NCBI GenBank assembly: GCA_051294375.1
Contig: CM119263.1
Coordinates: forward strand, 27,692,533 to 27,756,532
Length of the DNA stretch: 64,000 nucleotides
Source: Paraspadella gotoi
Lineage: Eukaryota > Animalia > Chaetognatha
Direction: 5' to 3'
Shown here piece by piece: positions 36,725 to 46,300 of this stretch. The notes below the pieces were generated by a model that ran no database searches, was not told where the DNA came from, and was given only the letters and a program-made list of their open reading frames with translations. Position 1 is the stretch's first letter. Every line of letters starts with the position of its first letter. The position numbers and the translations under genes were made by a program.

Positions 36725-37795
36725 ATGAGCGGGTCCGACCTTCGATCTCGCTTACGCTCAGCCCAAAGAGACGCCGACGACGCTGCTAGACTGCAACTAC
36801 CATTCGGGTTCGGACGCGGTCATCGCTCTCGATCAATATCGCCAGCCTTCGCCGACGCAGCGCCGGAATTCGAGTATCCGGCGACGGAAACGCAAGCCAA
36901 CATGGCGACAGCTGACGCAGCTCCTCGCGATATACACGACGAAAACGCCGAGTTACGCGCTGCACTCGCTGCCGCGACCCGGGCACTCGAGCGAGCTTCC
37001 AATAGGAAGCCCGATCTCCCTGATTTCGATGTCGTCAACATCGAGATTTGGATTAAACGGGTGGAGGCCGCCTACACCCGCTCAGGCATCACCGCGGCCA
37101 AAAACAAATTCGCACATCTTGAGAGCAAGATAGGAACGAACGTCGACCCTACTATCAATAAATTTCTATTCGGCGAAGCTACCGATGAGTCTTGGAGGCA
37201 GTTCTTAGCGTATCTACGAAAGGAATATGGCCTTACGCGCCGCCAGCAGGCGGCCCATATCCTTGACGCCCTCGACGTTGACGCCACCAAACCATCGAAG
37301 ATGCTAGCCCAATTAGAAGAGAAGACGAAGAACCTGACGTTGGACGACATCCGGAAGGAGAAAATCCTTCGAGAGATCCCACTAGAGATTCGCCGGCAAT
37401 TAGAAGACAAGGCCGACGACATGACAGCTCATGAGCTCTGCCAGATCGCCGATCGACATTACGACAAGGACGGCAACATTAAAATTCGCCAAACACCCTC
37501 TCTAGTGAGTAATATCGACAAAGGACGCCGCGATCGACTGACCGACCGACTCGACAGCAGCTCGAGCGACGAGGACGCGATCAACGCCGTCGATAGTCGT
37601 CCACGAAAAAAGTTTAGCAGCAAGCGACGACCAGCTCCACCTCCAAAAGGCAAAAGCAAATCGAAACTAACGACACTGTGCTCTAAACACATCAAGTTTG
37701 GAGACGAAGCATGGGCATGCGAGCCTGGGTGCGCGAGATTCGATGAAATGAAGGCCAAGAAGGAGGGAAATGCCAAAGGGGGCCGACGACGGTGA
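36725..37795 (+). CDS. gag: Retrotransposon Gag with CHCC zinc knuckle
   Basis: 356-aa ORF inside the LTR element. Contains a KPDLPDFD...IEIWIKRVEAAY capsid-like segment and CSKHIKFGDEAWACEPGC (C-x2-H-x9-C-x3-C). Confidence 0.93.
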   Translation: MSGSDLRSRLRSAQRDADDAARLQLPFGFGRGHRSRSISPAFADAAPEFEYPATETQANMATADAAPRDIHDENAELRAALAAATRALERASNRKPDLPDFDVVNIEIWIKRVEAAYTRSGITAAKNKFAHLESKIGTNVDPTINKFLFGEATDESWRQFLAYLRKEYGLTRRQQAAHILDALDVDATKPSKMLAQLEEKTKNLTLDDIRKEKILREIPLEIRRQLEDKADDMTAHELCQIADRHYDKDGNIKIRQTPSLVSNIDKGRRDRLTDRLDSSSSDEDAINAVDSRPRKKFSSKRRPAPPPKGKSKSKLTTLCSKHIKFGDEAWACEPGCARFDEMKAKKEGNAKGGRRR

Positions 37796-37807
37796 ACGCC
37801 GTCCCCC
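37765..37807 (+). promoter_or_regulatory. -1 programmed ribosomal frameshift signal
   Basis: In-phase slippery heptamer G GGA AAT, a 6-nt spacer, then the hairpin GGGG-..-GACGG-TGAACG-CCGTC-CCCC. The -1 frame is open into pol. Confidence 0.8.
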
Positions 37808-40800
37808 ACGATTCTACTCAATCACCGGCGTCAAACAACCTCATCTATATTCGAGACGCCGGGGATAGGACGAGATGGCTTGTCGATGGAGGAGCTCTTT
37901 TATCAATCATTCCGCCAACTCAGCAACAACGTAATCAAGGCCCCGATCCTAATATGAAGCTTCAAGCAGCAAACGGCTCGTCGATTGAATGCTTTGGAAC
38001 GGCGGACAGAACGGTTCAGTTGGGAAACAGGAAATATGAATATCGCTTCGTCGTAGCCGATGTAAAGCAGAATATTCTGGGAGCCGACTTCTTAGCGGAA
38101 AATTTCCTGGCACCCAACCACCGAGACGGGCTCCTAATCGATCTCCAGGACTATTCAACAATTGCAGCAGCGACGTCAAACGAAACCGCAGCACATGTCA
38201 ATTTTGTAGACCGAAAAGGAGAACAATTTTACAAGCTATTAGACTCCTTCCCCTCGCTCTCGACGCCCACCTTCGAAGTGAAGGATCCTAAACATGGCGT
38301 AACCCATTCAATTCCAACAGAGGGACGCCCATGCCAGGCGAAAGCTCGACGACTCGACCCTGAGAAGCTAGCCGTGGCTAAGAGAGAATTGGAGAAGATG
38401 GTATCCTTAGGGGTTGCCAAAAGGGGAAAATCAGAATGGTCCTCCCCTCTCCATGTCGTCTCAAAGCCTGACGGCGGTTGGAGGTGTTGCGGTGACTACC
38501 GCCGCCTGAACGCTCAGACGGTCGACGACCGTTATCCTGTGAAGCTGCTATCAGATTTCAATTCACAACTGGAGGGCAAGACGATCTTTTCGAAGATCGA
38601 CTTGCTCAAAGGTTATCACCAGATTCCAGTGAATCCGGATGATGTCAAAAAGACAGCCGTGATAACACCTTTCGGGCTGTATGTATTTCCCCGCTGTCCA
38701 TTTGGCCTGAAGAATGCAGGCCAAGATTTTCAGCGCCTGATGGACGAAATCTTGGGGGAAATACCACACACATTTGTGTATCTCGACGACATACTCGTCG
38801 CCTCTTCATCCCCTGAAGAGCACATGCAGGACCTCGAACGGGTATTCAAAGCCTTGGATCAAAATGGATTAGTGGTCAACACTAAAAAGTGCCTGTTAGG
38901 CCAGGAATCATTAGAGTTTCTCGGCTTTCTCGTCGACAGACACGGAGTCCGACCACTTCCAGAAAGAGTACAAACTCTACAAGAAACGACAAGACCCACA
39001 TCGATAAAAGAGTTACAAAGATTTCTGGGTATGATAAACTACTATCGAAGGTTTATCCCCAGAGTCGCGCATCGCTGCGCCCCGTTGTATGAAGCTCTAA
39101 GTGGGAAGCCAAAGGCGTTAAACTGGACAAGCGAATGCGAGCAAGCCTTCGAGGCGATCAAGGAGGGCCTCATATCGGCAGCTCTTCTCCATCATCCTCG
39201 CACAGGCGCCCAGTTGTGCGTCACGACAGACGCGTCGGATCACGCGGTCGGAGCGGTGCTCGAGCAGCGAGGGCCAAAGGGCTGGGAGCCATTGGCCTTC
39301 TTCTCAGCAAAACTCGCGAAAAACCAGAAACTCTGGCCGCCATTCGATCGCGAGCTATTCGGCGCGTTCAGAGCCGTTCGACACTTTCGCCATTGGATTG
39401 AGGGCCGTGCTTTTACCTTATATACAGACCATCAAAGTCTAGTATCGGCGATAAGGAAAAAGACGGAACCTCAGACGATGAGACAATCTTATCAGCTTTC
39501 GGCGATAGCTGAGTTTACAACGGACGTTCGCTATTTGAAAGGCAAAGCCAACGTAGTAGCAGACGCCTTATCGCGCCCAAATGCCACTCCAAACTCAACT
39601 CAAAACATAGGCGATAAAAACGAAGGCGAAAAAGCGAAAAAAACCGTCCCTGCTAGCTCAACAAGCCAAACGACAAATACCGCCGCCTTCGCGAACTCAA
39701 TCGCGGCGAAAAAGGGAAATCTAGCTGAATGGACTGGCCAAAAGACAGCTACCGCGGGCTTCGCGCCGGAAATTCATCTGGAAATGGCGAAGCCGGCCAC
39801 GCTGTCAAGCCAAACGACACCTACCACTGACTTCGCGCCGGAAATTCATCTGGAAATGGCGAAGCCAGCCATGTCGTCACGCCAAACGACAGCTACCTCG
39901 ATCCCGAATACTCTCGCGCCGAGAATTCACTCAGAAATCGCCAAATCAGCCGCGTCAAACAGCCAAGAGATAGCTACCGCGAGCAATAACATCGAAAACA
40001 CGGATTACTCGATCAAAGAAAATCGTTTGGAAGATGTAAACGCCGTTATCGCCTCACTTACAAATTTTGAAATCGATTTCGAGCAGATGGCTCGAGAACA
40101 GGTGCTCGACCCAGAATTTCAGCGGATAAACGAGGACGCTCGAAGTGGATTAACGTTCAGAAAAATTAGAGTCGGAAACCAAGACCTAATAGCGGACATT
40201 TCAAACGGTCCGGCCCGGCCATATGTTCCAGCATCATGGCGCCGGAAAGTATTCAACGTCATCCATGGATTAGGCCATCCAGGGATAGAAGCGACTCGTA
40301 AGGCAATCGCTGCCAAATTCGTATGGACTAGTATGAGACAAGATGTCTCCAACTGGGCTCGAAATTGCATAAACTGCCAAAAAGCGAAAATAGTCAAACA
40401 TACAGTGCCAGATATCGGAGAATTCAAAGTCCCGGCACGGCGATTTCAGCACTTAAATATTGACTTAGTCAAAATGCCTAAGTCGAACGGTTTTTGCCAT
40501 TTATTAACAATAGTTGATAGATTTTCGAGATGGCCTACTGCGATTCCAATACGTGACACGCTGACGCCGACGATACTAGACGCGCTGAGCTTAAATTGGA
40601 TTAGCGTATTTGGAACCCCTTCGATCATCACAACGGACAGAGGTAGCCAATTTACCTCGAATCTATGGAAACAACTTACCAAACAGTGGGGAATTAAAAG
40701 CCAAGTAACAACAGCTTATCATCCACAAGCTAATGGCCTCGTCGAAAGGTTTCATCGACGACTAAAAGAATCGCTAAGTGCACTTGCAAACGAAGAAAAA

Positions 40801-41760
40801 GAGAACTGGTTCTGGAAGCTGCCCCTTACCTTATTGGCTATCAGGACCACCGTCAAGGAGGATATCGGAGCCTCAGCCGCGGACCTAGTCTTCGGCGAGG
40901 GCATTGGAATCCCTGGCAACTTACTCGGCGACGCTCAAAACAACGACAACGAACTAAATAGACAAAGGAGAAATCAACTCTCTAAGCTCCGAGTCGAAGT
41001 AGCGCGCCTCCAACCGAAACCGACCTCAGCTCATCGACAACCAGCGGTACACCTTCCGAGTAATCTCGACACAGCGAAATACGTCTTCATTCGACGGGCA
41101 GGGGTGCAACCACCTCTAATACCTCCCTACGAAGGACCCTATAGAGTCGTCCGTCGAAACGGGCTAAACGTCACCGTCGATATTCCGAGCAAAGGTCGAG
41201 AAACAGTAAACGTCGCCCGTGTGAAGCCGGCCTGGATTAGTGACGACGACGAGCAGGTCGAGGACCCAGAACCACAATGGGAGAGACGCCCAGGTCGCCG
41301 ACCAGGGGTCAGGACGAGACAGCCGGCGCCAACGACAAGAAAAACGCGATCGATGACTAAACGCGCAGCGTCGCCTTCTCCTACTCCTCCTCCTCCTCCT
41401 CCTCTTTCCCCCACTGTCTCCCCAACTTCACCCAATCAACCCCACCTTCCACCCAACCCCCACCTATCCTCTCAACGCTTTTTCCTCGCTCCTTCCCATT
41501 CTCCAGAGCCTCCACGTGAGACCGCTCCACCGCGAGAGAAAAATCACAACAACAACAACCGCGAAAACAATCAAAATGAGCCAACGTGTAGGTTTTCGCG
41601 TCCAACGGCAGAAAACTGTTTGAATAAAGCCTACAACAACTATCCTCGACCAACATATGCTGTCGTATTGAAAGAACTACTGGCTCGACAAAAAAGGGAA
41701 AACAACAACAAGAACAAAAACGAAAACAAAAGACAAGAACAAAAAACAAAATCCCTTTAA
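37792..41760 (+). CDS. pol: Pol polyprotein (protease, RT, RNase H, integrase), probably entered by -1 frameshift near 37771
   Basis: Motifs LVDGGA (PR), DYRRLN, IDLLKGYHQ, PFGLKNA, YLDD (38779-38790), TDAS and NVVADALSR (RH), HGLGHPG..CINC, IDLV/TDRGSQF/ERFHR (IN DDE) and EGPY. Confidence 0.97.
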   Translation: MNAVPHDSTQSPASNNLIYIRDAGDRTRWLVDGGALLSIIPPTQQQRNQGPDPNMKLQAANGSSIECFGTADRTVQLGNRKYEYRFVVADVKQNILGADFLAENFLAPNHRDGLLIDLQDYSTIAAATSNETAAHVNFVDRKGEQFYKLLDSFPSLSTPTFEVKDPKHGVTHSIPTEGRPCQAKARRLDPEKLAVAKRELEKMVSLGVAKRGKSEWSSPLHVVSKPDGGWRCCGDYRRLNAQTVDDRYPVKLLSDFNSQLEGKTIFSKIDLLKGYHQIPVNPDDVKKTAVITPFGLYVFPRCPFGLKNAGQDFQRLMDEILGEIPHTFVYLDDILVASSSPEEHMQDLERVFKALDQNGLVVNTKKCLLGQESLEFLGFLVDRHGVRPLPERVQTLQETTRPTSIKELQRFLGMINYYRRFIPRVAHRCAPLYEALSGKPKALNWTSECEQAFEAIKEGLISAALLHHPRTGAQLCVTTDASDHAVGAVLEQRGPKGWEPLAFFSAKLAKNQKLWPPFDRELFGAFRAVRHFRHWIEGRAFTLYTDHQSLVSAIRKKTEPQTMRQSYQLSAIAEFTTDVRYLKGKANVVADALSRPNATPNSTQNIGDKNEGEKAKKTVPASSTSQTTNTAAFANSIAAKKGNLAEWTGQKTATAGFAPEIHLEMAKPATLSSQTTPTTDFAPEIHLEMAKPAMSSRQTTATSIPNTLAPRIHSEIAKSAASNSQEIATASNNIENTDYSIKENRLEDVNAVIASLTNFEIDFEQMAREQVLDPEFQRINEDARSGLTFRKIRVGNQDLIADISNGPARPYVPASWRRKVFNVIHGLGHPGIEATRKAIAAKFVWTSMRQDVSNWARNCINCQKAKIVKHTVPDIGEFKVPARRFQHLNIDLVKMPKSNGFCHLLTIVDRFSRWPTAIPIRDTLTPTILDALSLNWISVFGTPSIITTDRGSQFTSNLWKQLTKQWGIKSQVTTAYHPQANGLVERFHRRLKESLSALANEEKENWFWKLPLTLLAIRTTVKEDIGASAADLVFGEGIGIPGNLLGDAQNNDNELNRQRRNQLSKLRVEVARLQPKPTSAHRQPAVHLPSNLDTAKYVFIRRAGVQPPLIPPYEGPYRVVRRNGLNVTVDIPSKGRETVNVARVKPAWISDDDEQVEDPEPQWERRPGRRPGVRTRQPAPTTRKTRSMTKRAASPSPTPPPPPPLSPTVSPTSPNQPHLPPNPHLSSQRFFLAPSHSPEPPRETAPPREKNHNNNNRENNQNEPTCRFSRPTAENCLNKAYNNYPRPTYAVVLKELLARQKRENNNKNKNENKRQEQKTKSL

Positions 41761-42069
41761 CCCGACCACTGCCGGAACCTTCTTGGTCCATCTTCCTCCA
41801 TCAGCGTCCACGAGTAGTTCCGACAGCAGTGACCCCTTAATCCTTTATTCCTATATTATTTTTCAATTTTTGTTTGTATTATTTTACAAATTTTATTTTC
41901 GATTTTAAAGAAATCAAGTCAAAGTTAGTCAAGGCGATTTTGAATTACCCGTTTTACTACAGTATTAATTTTGCAAATTTTAGTAACATCATACTTTCAC
42001 ACAGTGGCCAACAAACAGAATTATTTTTATTTTATTAAATTTAACATGTTATATTTAATCAGAGGGGGA

Positions 42070-42620
42070 TGTAGACGATCGACAAGTCACCTGGACTTAC
42101 AGCTTGAGGCCAACCAGGCAACTGAAAATTCTGAATTCAAATCTCAGATTTATAGATTAAGCAAACTTTAAATCTTTTGTTTATTTCTATTACAAAGTAT
42201 TATTTGACCCTCTGAAGATGGCTCTGTGAAAATCCTTTTGTATTATGTTTCAGACTGTTTACTTTTGAAATTGTTAAACTGAATTAATTCAGTCTTGTCT
42301 TATGCACTCTTCGCGAATACATCAAAACAATTAATAAACTATCTCGGCTTGTTTTTATTAAATCATCAAATGTAATCAATACATTAAATAATGATGTCAT
42401 GAAACTCGAGTTAAAGTTTAATAATAAATTGAATTAAATCATTTTAATATTACTACAAATAAACTCTGAGTAAGAATAAACAATTTGAGTTACCGTTCCT
42501 GCTTTCCCTGTGTCATTGCCAATCAATTACTATCATCATTGATGGCACAACTTAGTCACATGAACTCCTGTGGGCAAGACCTTTCGTCACGCTGTAGCTG
42601 GCCTCAATAGGTCAACCACA
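42070..42620 (+). repeat. 3' LTR (551 bp)
   Basis: Directly follows the polypurine tract, runs TGTAG...CCACA and is followed by the TSD CATC. Confidence 0.95.
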
Positions 42621-42753
42621 CATCTTATCAAATTTTCCTCGGAAGATTCGTCGATTCTTGGAAAGGAGATGTGACGTAGGAAAGTGATGTATAATGGATG
42701 GAGAAAAGGGTTCGAAGATGAAGCTGTAGAAAAGAATTGTGATGATGATGATT

Positions 42754-42786
<33 letters not shown>

Positions 42787-43161
42787 TAACAGATGTAGAA
42801 GAAGCAATCAAAAATTGATCGAGGGAAGCGGTCGAAGGAAGCGGTCTAAGAAAGGAGTCAAAGGAAGCGGTCGAATGAAGCGGGTGAAGAAAGCGGTCAA
42901 GACAGATTTTGTACAGGAAGAAGAAGCGATTCAAGTCTTGGTGGAAGGAAAAAAATCGGACGAGAAGCGAAAGAACGAAAGAAGCGAAAAGGAAGCGTAA
43001 AAGGCAATCACGAGAATGGAGCGATATATCTCGTCACCTTTTAGAATTTGTTTAATCTGAGACGTCATTTTTGATCGAAATAAAAAATGGAAAATGAAAA
43101 GAAACGAATGGAAAAAATGGATAAAAGGATTTGGGCACAAATAAAAAAAATGAAATGCTAT

Positions 43162-43412
43162 GGCAACAGCCGGGTTGCCTGTGATGCCCATTGGGATGGG
43201 GCATCTCACAGTTGGCTTTGGGGGCTTCCGACCCTCAGTGACGCCTCCAGTCACTGGCGCGGTTACCCTAGGACGGACTCGCTTTGCCAACGCAGAAGGA
43301 AGTCGTTAGGACTGTGGATGGAACACTACGCCTGGGATGGTGTGTTCCCCCTCTGAGCCAATGGATTTGGCTGACGGATGGTGGACGTGAGGCGGTGTGA
43401 ATATACCGCCAC
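43162..43412. ncRNA. Candidate structured RNA or element: about 8 consecutive hairpins
   Basis: Stems seen by eye: GGCAAC/GTTGCC, CTGTGA-TGCCC/GGGCA-TC-TCACAG, GTTGG/CCGAC, CAGTGAC/GTCACTG, CCTAG-GAC/GTC-GTTAGG, GGAACAC/GTGTTCC, AGCCAA/TTGGCT and GGCGGTGT/ATACCGCC. Confidence 0.45.
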
Positions 43413-44792
43413 AATGCAAAATAAATGACAAGAAAAGGAAATGCGTTAGGAAAGAAAAGTGGGTAAATATTGTATGTAGAAATAGTTAAGGATTTATACT
43501 ATAGAACGATAGGACAGAACTCCGTAAAGATAAGCGGATATTTTTTTTAAAAAATGAAAAGGAAAAAGGAAAAAAAAGAAAAAAAAAGGAAAAAATGTCG
43601 TTGAAAATGAAGGAACAGCTGCCCAATCGGGCGACTCTTAACAAAGACTCGTCGCTTACAACCGCCGCCAAGCCTCCAAGTTTCACCGCCGCCGCGCCCC
43701 GCCGCCAATCCGCCCTTCCTATCTGCCCCCCACGCGCGATCGGGAAAAGATACGCGCCCACCAAAGCGTGCGCGTGGTCTTTCACGTGTACGACGCATGT
43801 GCGTGCGCGAATAGCATTCGAGCATAGGGTGGGGTGTAAAAAAATGAGAGGATGTTGTAGAGGAATTAAGACTTTTTTCGGAAATGTGAGGAGACGGATT
43901 GGGCATTAAAAGAAGATGGGCGTTACTATCAGCGGCTTCTATCCGTTGTAATTCAGTTCCCATCGTTTTTTTTTTTAAACTTTTAAATTCTCGCTTAATC
44001 TTTTTTGAAAATCTCGTAATTCCGTCGAATTAGGGCTGACGTAGTAAACAAAACTAAATAATTGGCTGCGATCTCTTCCAATATTTTTATTCGTAACTAA
44101 AACTTTACCAACTTACCGAATCCCTTCCCGGATCCACTCTCAATTATTATTTCGTGCCTTCTCCCCTTTCCCTCTTTTTCTTTTCCATACTCACTCGTTT
44201 CATTTTTCGCGCATTGACCTTCTCAGCTCGCCACCTTTTTTCACCCTCAACCCGTAAGTATCTTATTACGCGCCAACCTGCCTTCCCTCACCTCTAATTT
44301 ACCTTTCCCCCTTTCCTCCCTTCTTCCCTCACCTCCCCCCACCCCCGTCAAGATGGCAATTTTCAAAAAAACTCGTATTTCTCTTTTTTTTTCCTCTTCC
44401 AATTTTCGCCCTTGAATTTTTTTTTTCAGCTCGCTTATCTCCCCGCATCTCGCTGTCTAATTCCAAGTCCTGTCGACTCCAAATGCTCCCGCCGCTGCTG
44501 TCCGCCGCCGCCGCCCGAGCCGCTCGTACCGTCGCAACAGCAGCGCCGCCATAATCCAACTCCTCCCGCAGACTTAATCCAACTTTTTCAACTTTGATCC
44601 AAGTTTTTCCTCTTCGCCTCTAAATCTTTTTCATCCCAAATCCAACACAAATTCTGAAATTCAAACTGTTGCGCCATCTTTTGTCTCTTTGGACTCCCAT
44701 GAGCTTCTTTGCTTCTTTTCGGATCTTTCTTACTCCCCCGCGGTTATTCTCTCTCTCTCTCTGTCTCTCTCTCTCTCTCATCTCTTCTCTCT

Positions 44793-44834
<42 letters not shown>

Positions 44835-44963
44835 CCTCTCTCTCTTCTCTCTCCTCACCATTTTTTTTCCGCATCTCGATTAGTTGAATAAATTAGTCGG
44901 CGTTGTGGGGTAAAAGAACTCGGTTAAAGGCAGTTAACTTGATGAATTCTTGGCACTCTCGCT

Positions 44964-45016
<53 letters not shown>

Positions 45017-46207
45017 TCTCTCTCTCTTCTCTCTCTCTCTCTCTCTTTCTCCCGTCTCTCTTCGTCCCACACTTGTCCGGATCCATTCTTTCCTTGTCGC
45101 CTTCACAACGTGGTATCCAACCACATTGTATTTCAAGTTGAAAAACAGCATTTCAAGGTCATAGCTGAAGGACGTTGACTTTTAAGATGGAATAAGTTGA
45201 AGAACTCAAAAAAGTATTAGACATGTTTCTCTACATTCTAACTTTTGTTATTGTTATCCCGAGACGAAGAGTCAACAAGAGGGAGTTCTCATTGAAGCCG
45301 GAAACGGTTTTTTGTTGCGTCGCGAGTTGGAGCAACTCTATAAGTCACTTTTTGGTCGGTCTGTCAGTTCGCCGGGTTATTACACTCATATTTTAATTAC
45401 AAAAACTCGGGTTCATTTTATGCTTTGGAGTTCGGAGATAGGTTATGTACTAAAATATGTTTATTAAGGATATATTTTATTCTTATATATACTATATATA
45501 TATATATACTACTTAATCTTTTTGTAATCTCTTTTTAAACTCATTTTGCAGACTTATGTATGTATGTTTTGTTTGTTTTCTGTACTGAATTAACCTTGTT
45601 GCATTCGAATAAAACGCTATATTATCAGGAAAATTCAACCATATAATAAGAAATTTAATGCGAAGCAAGACAGAGAAATTCTCATTTCTTATTTTTGCCA
45701 ACGCGATGATATTTAATTCAAGACGAGTAGGTTGCCCTACTTTTTTGGCACTTAAAAGTGATTTCTATTCCGAATAAATTTTTGAGCGAGAAGAGAAAGT
45801 TAATAAATAATTTGTTTATCGCTTTTAATATTTACCTTTTAAAGATCTATTTTCTTTTCTTTTCTTCTTTCTTTAACGTTGTTTTTATTTTCTTTTTCTT
45901 ATTATTCTTAATATTATCTTTTTCATTACTATCTTTTAATATTTTTTTATTAATTTTCCGGTCTTTTTTATTCATTCCATTTTGTAATTCTTTTTTATTG
46001 ATTATTTCCCTCTCATTCTCTTCAGACTTCTCTCTATTGTTCTTTCTTTTACTTTTATTTTCATTTCTTATTTTCTTTCCTTTCTTCTTTCCTTTTTCTT
46101 TTTCTTTCCTCTCTGCTCTTTTTGTTTTTCTTTCCGATATTTCTTTCTTATTCCCTCCCTTTCTGTTTTCCTCTTCTCTTCTCTCTCTCTCTCTCGTCCT
46201 CCCTCCA

Positions 46208-46272
<65 letters not shown>

Positions 46273-46300
46273 TCTCTCCTCTTTCCTATTTCATCTTTCG

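Larger units (their letters stand above)
36016..42620 (+). mobile_element. Full-length Ty3/Gypsy LTR retrotransposon, CsRn1-like lineage
   Basis: Two near-identical LTRs (TGT...ACA), 4-bp TSD CATC at 36012-36015 and 42621-42624, TGG-starting PBS at 36541, PPT AGAGGGGGA at 42061-42069, and intact gag and pol in PR-RT-RH-IN order. The gag CHCC motif and 4-bp TSD are known CsRn1-lineage traits. Confidence 0.97.

Noticed and set aside
41761-42060. env-like third ORF in the LTR element
   Set aside because: Only about 300 bp of AT-rich sequence separates the pol stop from the PPT.
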